Positions 57,475 through 64,000 of a DNA stretch of 64,000 nt are shown here, in pieces; positions within the stretch are counted from its first letter, which is position 1; each line of letters begins with the position of its first letter. The stretch lies in assembly GCA_012514315.1 (NCBI GenBank), contig JAAZAN010000156.1, positions 5,311 through 69,310 on the forward strand. The letters are read 5' to 3'. Below the pieces are notes generated by a model that was given only the letters and a program-made list of their open reading frames with translations, was not told where the DNA came from and ran no database searches. Made by a program: the position numbers and the translations under genes. This DNA is from Chloroflexota bacterium (GTDB lineage Bacteria > Chloroflexota > Anaerolineae > B4-G1).

Positions 57475-57496
57475 GCATTCTATCGCAGTGCGTGGT

Positions 57497-57551
57497 GGGC
57501 GGCCTGACAATCCTCTGAAGCTGCAGTTGAGCCCGGATTCACAGACCGCCC
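57497..57551. other. Long imperfect hairpin between convergent genes
   Basis: GGGCGGCCTG (57497-506) pairs with CAGACCGCCC (57542-551), 9 of 10 bp. An inner AATCC/GGATT stem is also present. Confidence 0.3.
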
Positions 57552-57574
57552 GTGAGCGTACAGCGGCCTTGCCC

Positions 57575-59560
57575 CTAGCGGAGGACCGCGACATCACGCG
57601 GCGACAGTATGAGCTCCGGCGGCGTCGCGCAACCGCGCAGAACATCGTGCATCTCGCGCGGCAGGGGCACGACCTGCTCCTGAGTCGTCATGTTGAGCAG
57701 GAAACAGAGTGGCTGGCCCTCCACCAGTCGCACCTTGGCCACCACGCCCTCCGGCGTTTCCAAGAAGGGACTGACGCCGGCCTCCGCAACGATCCACGGC
57801 ACAAGGTGTGCGTAGAAGGCCTCATCCAGGCCTGCACCCACGTAGATCGCTTGCCCGGCCCCAACCCTATTGCGTGTGACGGCCGCGAAGGGTGCGTACC
57901 ACTCGTTCGTATAGCGGGCCAGGACCTCGGCCGTCGTGGGTTCCAGCATATCGGCCCAGACACACGTGCCATACGTCTCACCATCCCACGCTACCAGGGG
58001 CGTAGGGTCGGCAGGTGCGTCGGTCATCAGGCAATCGTACTCGTGAATCCTCACGCCGAAGAGCTCCACCAGGGAATCGCCCGGTAGTGTCTCCGTTGGC
58101 ACAACCGCGTGAAGATCGTATGCGCCAAGACGATATGAAGTGACCAGAACCCCGCCCTCAGCGACGTACCGGCGCAGCCCTTCGATCTGATCAGGCGTGG
58201 TCAGCATCAACAGCGGGGCAAAGACGACGCGATATCGCGACAGGTCGTCCTCAGGATGAACAACATCCACGCCGACATTCTGTCGCAGAATCGGGCGATA
58301 GTAGCGTTGGAGTTCAGCATCGTAATCAAACAGCCGGCCTCCATAGTACAGCTCCATCGCCCGCGCCACGTCAAACGATCGCAGAATGGCGACACTGTTC
58401 TCAATGGAGCTGCCGGCCACCCCTTCCGAGCGCAGCCGCTGTACCTCCTCGCCGATAGCCACGATCTCCCGGTAGGAGCGGCTCACCGGGTCGCCGTCGT
58501 GCTGGACAACACCAGAATGGAACTGCTCACATCCGCCGGTGCAACTGCGCCAACGGAAGTAGATGATGGCGTCCGCACCCTGAGAGATCGCCTGATGGGT
58601 CCACAGACGGATCATACCAGGAGGCGGTGTGCGCAACTGATTCTCGCGGTTAATGTAGCCGCACTGAAGCTCGTTCATCCAGAACCCGGGCCCGCCGTTG
58701 TAGCCGCGGATGACATCGTGCCCGTAGGCGCAGTCCTCAAGCCGTGTGATGTCCCGAGGATACATATCGTTGGCCACAAAATCCAGGTCCCGAGCTAACT
58801 CCCGGTAGTCAATGCCGCTGTAGGTTGTCATGAAGTTATGCGTGACTTTCGCCGCACAATCGGCAGCCTTGATCGTCTCGACCTGCTCCCGATTGAAGGC
58901 CATCACCTGGTCCGACTGGAACCGACGGTAGTCGAGCAGGTGAGCCGGACTATGCGCTCGTTCCAATGGCGGCATCATCTCGTCGAAGTCGTGGATGTCC
59001 ATACTCCAGAACCGCAGACCCCAGGCACGATTGAGCGCCTCCGGGGATTCGTAGCGCGTGGCGAGCCAGCGCCGGAACGCAGCAGCGCAGTGGTCGCACA
59101 CACAACCCGAGTAGCTGAACTCGTTGTCGGTCTGCCAGGCGACTACGTTCGGGTGACCGGCGTAGTGTTGAGCCATAGCATCCGTGATACTGCGTGAGAG
59201 CCTGCGCATCGTCGGATTGCTGTAACACCAGTTTTTGCGGGCGCCCCAACTGCGCCGCCGACCGCTGACATCCAGCACATTCACATCCGGGTACCTCTGC
59301 TGAACCCAGACAGGTATTGCGGCGGTTGGAGTGCACAGCATCACACGGATCCCGTACCTGCCCAACACCTCGATAGCCGCATCGAACAGCTCGAAGTCGT
59401 AGGCGCCCTCCTCCGGTTCGAACACGCGCCAGGCAAACTCGCCGACGCGCACAATGTCCATGCCCGCATCCCGCATCAGGCGAGCATCCACCTCCCACCG
59501 CTCTCGAGGCCAGTACTCGGGATAGTAGTCGGCGCCAAAGTGCAGTGTTCTCTCGCTCAT
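57575..59560 (-). CDS. GH42 beta-galactosidase
   Basis: FGADYYPEYWPRERWEVDARLMRDAGMDIVRVGEFAWRVFEPEEGAYDF, WQTDNEF, and a trimerisation/GATase-like middle domain. Confidence 0.88.
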   Translation of the reverse strand: MSERTLHFGADYYPEYWPRERWEVDARLMRDAGMDIVRVGEFAWRVFEPEEGAYDFELFDAAIEVLGRYGIRVMLCTPTAAIPVWVQQRYPDVNVLDVSGRRRSWGARKNWCYSNPTMRRLSRSITDAMAQHYAGHPNVVAWQTDNEFSYSGCVCDHCAAAFRRWLATRYESPEALNRAWGLRFWSMDIHDFDEMMPPLERAHSPAHLLDYRRFQSDQVMAFNREQVETIKAADCAAKVTHNFMTTYSGIDYRELARDLDFVANDMYPRDITRLEDCAYGHDVIRGYNGGPGFWMNELQCGYINRENQLRTPPPGMIRLWTHQAISQGADAIIYFRWRSCTGGCEQFHSGVVQHDGDPVSRSYREIVAIGEEVQRLRSEGVAGSSIENSVAILRSFDVARAMELYYGGRLFDYDAELQRYYRPILRQNVGVDVVHPEDDLSRYRVVFAPLLMLTTPDQIEGLRRYVAEGGVLVTSYRLGAYDLHAVVPTETLPGDSLVELFGVRIHEYDCLMTDAPADPTPLVAWDGETYGTCVWADMLEPTTAEVLARYTNEWYAPFAAVTRNRVGAGQAIYVGAGLDEAFYAHLVPWIVAEAGVSPFLETPEGVVAKVRLVEGQPLCFLLNMTTQEQVVPLPREMHDVLRGCATPPELILSPRDVAVLR

Positions 59561-60402
59561 GATCCCCCCTCTTTGACTCGATCAACGCGTCGTCGCCCCG
59601 CGTGCCGGACATCGCGCAACTCCAGCCTGTCCAGCAATACGCGGGCCAGGACAGTCACCCGCCAGAACGAGACGGATGCCATCCCGTGGGCTAACACAGC
59701 GAAAAGCGGGGGCGTCTCGCGCGTGTAGTAGGTCCAGCAGTATCGCGTCGTTCCCCAAAGCTCGAGGAAATACCCCAGCCCAGCCGCAGCAACGAAGGTC
59801 AGCACGGCCATTCGGTGGTCGGTGGGCGTCGAGATCAGAAACGCGCACAGGATCAGCGCCATGACCGTCAGCGACTTGTCGACCGTGGGCCACACGAACT
59901 GAAGCATCAGCACGTAGAAGATGATGAACAGCGGCCAGTACGCTAGTACGTAGACCTTCCGAGCATTCCAGGGCAACAGAAGATGGAGCAGCCGCACAAG
60001 ACGATCGACAGAGAGGCTCGCGATCGGCCATGCTGGGATGATCCAGAAGGGCGGCCGCTCCATCGTGTAGTAGTCCCACAGGTGAGTCTGAGTGCCCCAG
60101 CTCTCGATAACCAGGCCGCCAATCAGGCCCACGATGGCGATCAGTACGTCCGCACGCACGTCAGCCCCAGCGGTGATCAACAGCGACATCAGGGCGAAAA
60201 GGCCCAAGAGTAGCCAGTCTACCTGCCCCCAGAGCGGGCGGTCCCAGTCGATGTAGGCGAGCTCGGCCCTGAGAAGAGGCCACCAGACCACACCGATGAC
60301 CGCGATAGTCGCCAGAAACAGACTGATGAGGAAGTAGCTTGAACGCGTCCAACCGAAGTCGGCAGCCACGCGGCGCCAGAAACTTGTCTCGGAATGATCC
60401 AT
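59557..60402 (-). CDS. Polytopic membrane protein with an internal duplication, function unknown
   Basis: I prefer ATG 60402 (MDHSETSFW). Its stop overlaps the GH42 start (ATGA). The two halves share GLVIESWGTQTHLWDYYTMERPPFW and GYFLELWGTTRYCWTYYTRETPPLF. Confidence 0.6.
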   Translation of the reverse strand: MDHSETSFWRRVAADFGWTRSSYFLISLFLATIAVIGVVWWPLLRAELAYIDWDRPLWGQVDWLLLGLFALMSLLITAGADVRADVLIAIVGLIGGLVIESWGTQTHLWDYYTMERPPFWIIPAWPIASLSVDRLVRLLHLLLPWNARKVYVLAYWPLFIIFYVLMLQFVWPTVDKSLTVMALILCAFLISTPTDHRMAVLTFVAAAGLGYFLELWGTTRYCWTYYTRETPPLFAVLAHGMASVSFWRVTVLARVLLDRLELRDVRHAGRRRVDRVKEGGS

Positions 60403-60590
60403 ACGTCTGTCTCCAGAAAAGCACGCACGCGGATGTATTGTACACAATGCTTCCCCCCCGTGCAATTGAATGCGGAGAGGGCATCACACCGAAGTAGTGA
60501 AGACGCGGAAATGGGTGTAGACTGGAGATGGAGTCAGGTCTTCCCACAATCGCCCGAGGCCATCGGAGGCCGTCAGATGGAGGAACGAAC

Positions 60591-61325
60591 GTGATAGTTG
60601 ATGTGCACGCGCACCTGGGGTGGGACTACACCTTCGATGAGGACTTCACCAGAGAGGATCTGCTTGAGAAGATGGGCAGGTACGACGTGGACGTCCAGAT
60701 TGTTCAGCCCGGTACGTGCCACACCATCGAGCAGGTCGCCAAGCAGCACGATGCCATCGCTGATCTCTGTCGGGCCTTTCCTGGCCGGTTCCACGGTATG
60801 GCGAACCCTTCGCCCCACCTGCCTGAGGCTGTGTATCGCGACGAGGTTCGGCGCTGCATCGCGGAGCTCGGTTTCATCGCCATCAAGCTCCACCCCCTGG
60901 CATTCGGGGTCAACCCAGGTTCGCAGGCCGGGCGGAGGGCTTTCGAGGCTGCACGCGAGTGGAACGTGCCCCTGATGGTGCACACGGGTGCAGGTATACC
61001 ATTCTCAAGCCCCGTCAACCTCATACCGCTGGCCCTGGAATACGCTGAACTTCGCATCGTAATGGCCCACTGTGGTCACATCGTCTTCGCCAACGAGGCC
61101 GCCGCCGTCTTCGAACGCTGTCCCCAGGTATACGGTGACACCTCCTGGTCGCCCGGTCATCTCCTCAGAGCCTGGAGCCGCACACACGGCCCGCGGCTGA
61201 TGCTGGGCACAGACCACGCGGACAACACTGGTACCGAGCTGGCCAAGATCAGAACGGTCGGGCTGACGCCGGCAGAGCAACACGCAATTCTGGAGGGCAC
61301 GGCCAGTGCAGTGTTCAGCCTTTAG
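60591..61325 (+). CDS. Metal-dependent amidohydrolase (Amidohydro_2/TIM-barrel family)
   Basis: GTG 60591 is preceded by GGAGGA. The product is VIVDVHAHLGWDY.., IKLHP, LMVHTG, VMAHCG and LGTDHA. Confidence 0.75.
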   Translation: MIVDVHAHLGWDYTFDEDFTREDLLEKMGRYDVDVQIVQPGTCHTIEQVAKQHDAIADLCRAFPGRFHGMANPSPHLPEAVYRDEVRRCIAELGFIAIKLHPLAFGVNPGSQAGRRAFEAAREWNVPLMVHTGAGIPFSSPVNLIPLALEYAELRIVMAHCGHIVFANEAAAVFERCPQVYGDTSWSPGHLLRAWSRTHGPRLMLGTDHADNTGTELAKIRTVGLTPAEQHAILEGTASAVFSL

Positions 61326-61364
61326 CACCAGAGACCAGGACTTCGCTAGGAGGAGGCCGGCAAT

Positions 61365-62216
61365 ATGAACACAGCGACCAAGCTGAAGACCACGATCCCT
61401 TCGTTCAGCGCGTTGAAGGCCGAGGGGAAGAAAGTGACGATGATCACCGTCTACGATTACCCCTTCGCCCGGTTGGTGGATCGCTCGAAAGCCGAGCTCA
61501 TCCTGGTCGGTGACTCCCTCGGCATGGTGATTCAGGGTCTGGAAACAACAACGCCCGTCACGTTGGATGAGGTCATCTACCATACTCGGGCCGTGCGGCG
61601 TGGCGCGCCGAATACACTGGTTGTGGGCGATATGCCCTTCATGAGCTACCAGGTTAGCCCTGAACAGGCACTCGCCAGCGCTGGAAGGATCATTAAGGAG
61701 GGTGGCGCCGACTGCATCAAGATGGAAGGGGGCGAGTACTTCGCGCCGACCATCCGCAAGATTGTCTCAGCAGGCATCCCTGTGATGGGACATATCGGCC
61801 TGACGCCGCAGAGCACTGCGGCGCTGGGCGGACTGAGAGTTCAGGGTCGCACGCCCGAACAGGCCGAGCAATTAATAGCCGATGCTAGAGCACTGGATGA
61901 GGTCGGCGTGTTCGCAATTGTCCTCGAGTGCATCCCCGCTGGTGTGGCCAAAGTTATCACCAGATCCATCACCGCCACCACCATCGGATGCGGCGCCGGC
62001 CCTCACGTGGGAGGGCAGAACCTGAACGCCTACGACATCCTAGGGCTGTTCGACCGGTTTGTGCCGAGGTTTGTGCGCCAGTACAAGTCCTTGGCCCCCG
62101 AAATCGCGTCTGGGTTTGACGCCTTGGTTCACGACGTCAGGTCAGGCGGCTTCCCCGCTCCCGAACACTGTTACACTGGAGGGGACACCATCCAGCGTCT
62201 ATATCCTATCGACTAA
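61365..62216 (+). CDS. panB: 3-methyl-2-oxobutanoate hydroxymethyltransferase
   Basis: [42 protein letters not shown] and GHIGLTPQS. Confidence 0.93.
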   Translation: MNTATKLKTTIPSFSALKAEGKKVTMITVYDYPFARLVDRSKAELILVGDSLGMVIQGLETTTPVTLDEVIYHTRAVRRGAPNTLVVGDMPFMSYQVSPEQALASAGRIIKEGGADCIKMEGGEYFAPTIRKIVSAGIPVMGHIGLTPQSTAALGGLRVQGRTPEQAEQLIADARALDEVGVFAIVLECIPAGVAKVITRSITATTIGCGAGPHVGGQNLNAYDILGLFDRFVPRFVRQYKSLAPEIASGFDALVHDVRSGGFPAPEHCYTGGDTIQRLYPID

Positions 62217-62236
62217 ATCGAAAGGACTCAGCAGAC

Positions 62237-63931
62237 ATGAAGGAACAGATCAGTACTCATAGCACTCTGCGTAGCTCGATCGTCACAGAGGGTGTACAGC
62301 GGGCTACGCACCGATCCCTGCTATATTCTATGGGCTGGGATAGAGACAGCCTGCGAAAACCGCTCGTGGCGGTCGTTAACTCCTTCAGCGAGGTCGTACC
62401 CGGTCACATTCATTTGCAGCCATTGTGCCAGGCCATCAAGCTGGGTATCGCTGAGGCAGGCGGCGCCCCCCTCGAGTTTCCCTCCATCGCCATCTGCGAT
62501 GGCCTCGCAACCGGCCACCCCGGGATGCGCACACCGATGATCAGCCGCGAGATAATCGCGGACTCCATCGAACTGATGATCACGGCCCACGGGTTTGACG
62601 CCATGGTTCTCCTGACCAACTGTGACAAGATCACACCGGGCATGCTGATGGCAGCGGGCCGTCTGAACATCCCGACCATCCTCGTCAGCGGCGGACCGAT
62701 GGACACCGGATGTCTGGACGGCGCGAAGGTCTGCTACACTGACCTGATCGAAGCCGAGGGCTCGGTTGAGAAGGGCGAGATGAGCCTTGCAGACCTTGCT
62801 GAGTTTGAGCAAGCAGCCTGCCCAGGCCCGGGGTCCTGCGCGATGATGGGTACAGCGAACACGATGAACATGCTGACCGAAGCCCTGGGTATGACGCTCA
62901 CCGATGGTGCGCTCATCCCGGCAGGGTTCGGGGCCCGGGTCGCACTGGCACGACAGGCAGGTCGCCAGGTCATGGAACTGCACCGGAGACAGACGCTGCC
63001 ACGCGACATTATGACGATGGAAGCCTTCGAGAACGCGATCGCGGTCGATATGGCCATTGGGGGATCGACGAACACGTGTTTGCACCTGCCAGCTATCGCC
63101 CGCCAGGTGGGCATCGAGCTCACGATGGATGACTTCACCCGCATCGCCGAGCGCACTCCCCATCTGGTACTGCTAAAGCCCGCAGGTCAGTACTTCGCCC
63201 GAGACATGTACGAGGCGGGCGGTATTCCAGCACTGATGAGCGAGATGGCTCGGCATGGCCTACTCCATGCGCATGCCCGGAGTGTGACCGGACGATCCCT
63301 CGCCGAGAACATAGCCGGCCGTCAGATTATGGACACAGACATTATCCACAACGTCGAGCGCCCCATTGACCCTCGGGGCGGCATCTCTATCCTCCGAGGG
63401 AGCCTCGCGCCGGAGGGGGCAGTCGTCAAACGTGCCGCAGTCGCACCGGAGATGATGGTCCACCGCGGTCCAGCCCGCGTGTTTGACCAGGAGGAACCTG
63501 CGCTGAAGGCCATCTTTGGCGGTCAGGTCCGGCCCGGCGATGTCGTCGTGATTCGCTACGAGGGGCCCAAGGGCGGGCCTGGTATGCGCGAGCAACTCCT
63601 GCCTACCTCGGCCATCATCGGCATGGGGCTGGGGAAGTCTGTCGCCCTGGTCACCGACGGCCGCTTCTCGGGCGCGACGCAGGGCGCGTGCGTTGGCCAC
63701 GTCACGCCCGAGGCCTACCTCGGTGGGCCCATCGCGCTGGTACAGGAGGGCGACTTCATTCGGATCGATATCCCGAGCGGCAAAGTCGATTTGGATGTGG
63801 CGCCGGAGGTCCTGGAGGCTCGTAGGTCAGAATGGCAGCTGCCGGATTGGACGAAGTTGGAGGAAGGCTCGCTCCTGGAGAGGTATCGGCGGCTCGTCGG
63901 CACCGCCATGACCGGCGCGACATTTGTGTAG
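62237..63931 (+). CDS. ilvD: Dihydroxy-acid dehydratase
   Basis: [45 protein letters not shown] and [21 protein letters not shown]. Confidence 0.94.
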   Translation: MKEQISTHSTLRSSIVTEGVQRATHRSLLYSMGWDRDSLRKPLVAVVNSFSEVVPGHIHLQPLCQAIKLGIAEAGGAPLEFPSIAICDGLATGHPGMRTPMISREIIADSIELMITAHGFDAMVLLTNCDKITPGMLMAAGRLNIPTILVSGGPMDTGCLDGAKVCYTDLIEAEGSVEKGEMSLADLAEFEQAACPGPGSCAMMGTANTMNMLTEALGMTLTDGALIPAGFGARVALARQAGRQVMELHRRQTLPRDIMTMEAFENAIAVDMAIGGSTNTCLHLPAIARQVGIELTMDDFTRIAERTPHLVLLKPAGQYFARDMYEAGGIPALMSEMARHGLLHAHARSVTGRSLAENIAGRQIMDTDIIHNVERPIDPRGGISILRGSLAPEGAVVKRAAVAPEMMVHRGPARVFDQEEPALKAIFGGQVRPGDVVVIRYEGPKGGPGMREQLLPTSAIIGMGLGKSVALVTDGRFSGATQGACVGHVTPEAYLGGPIALVQEGDFIRIDIPSGKVDLDVAPEVLEARRSEWQLPDWTKLEEGSLLERYRRLVGTAMTGATFV

Positions 63932-64000
63932 CAACTAACAGCGCGGTTCCTGGACCTGTCTACCTACCGGTCTCGTCGATGTACAGGGGCGTGCAGCGTC

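Noticed and set aside
1-64000. A search by eye for CRISPR arrays, tRNA/rRNA genes, IS elements, integrases, toxin-antitoxin pairs, restriction-modification genes or other defence genes, and long exact repeats.
   Set aside because: None was recognised. Every ORF over ~100 aa with protein-like composition was assignable to housekeeping or metabolic families. An exhaustive repeat or parS search cannot be done by eye and should be repeated computationally.

Overview
This is a roughly 58-60% GC bacterial chromosomal segment. It is densely coding (about 57 genes, mostly on the minus strand) and almost entirely housekeeping. Content in order:

- **1-4452:** a partial ATP-cone/uridine-kinase-like gene, a parA-parB pair and a GNAT-like gene.
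- **4484-10250:** a Firmicute-like block of greA, dgkA, ybeY, a 7TM-HD (PgpH-like) gene, yqeY, rpsU and mtaB.
- **10309-13728:** a lectin-like lipoprotein and a multi-GAF sensor histidine kinase that is split by a 1-nt frameshift.
- **13923-16976:** the nrdR-nrdJ operon, with an extended -10 promoter and tandem NrdR boxes.
- **17202-34431:** a 17-kb dcw cluster (mraZ, rsmH, ftsL, ftsI, murF, mraY, murD, ftsW, murG, a cvpA-like gene, murC, murB, ddl, ftsQ, ftsA, ftsZ). It lacks murE.
- **34723-39429:** two tiny membrane-protein genes, then mfd and pth.
- **39528-64000:** an accessory-looking right half. It holds an ECF sigma/anti-sigma pair, a secreted clan GH-A hydrolase and a PadR-MFS pair. 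Next come a four-gene aminotransferase/HOGA-like aldolase/Fe-ADH operon, a GT39-like transferase and uxuA plus URO-D-family and ABM genes. A decayed radical SAM gene, a repeat-containing lipoprotein and a GH42 beta-galactosidase coupled to an internally duplicated membrane protein follow. The window ends with an amidohydrolase, panB and ilvD.

I saw no rRNA, tRNA, CRISPR array, transposase, integrase or recognisable defence system. By eye I could not identify a clearly novel multi-gene system. The observations most worth a second look are:

- the homopolymer frameshift in the kinase;
- the radical SAM relic;
- the murE-less dcw cluster with an embedded membrane protein;
- the HOGA/AGXT-like operon.

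The lineage guess (Chloroflexota-like Terrabacteria) is inference only.
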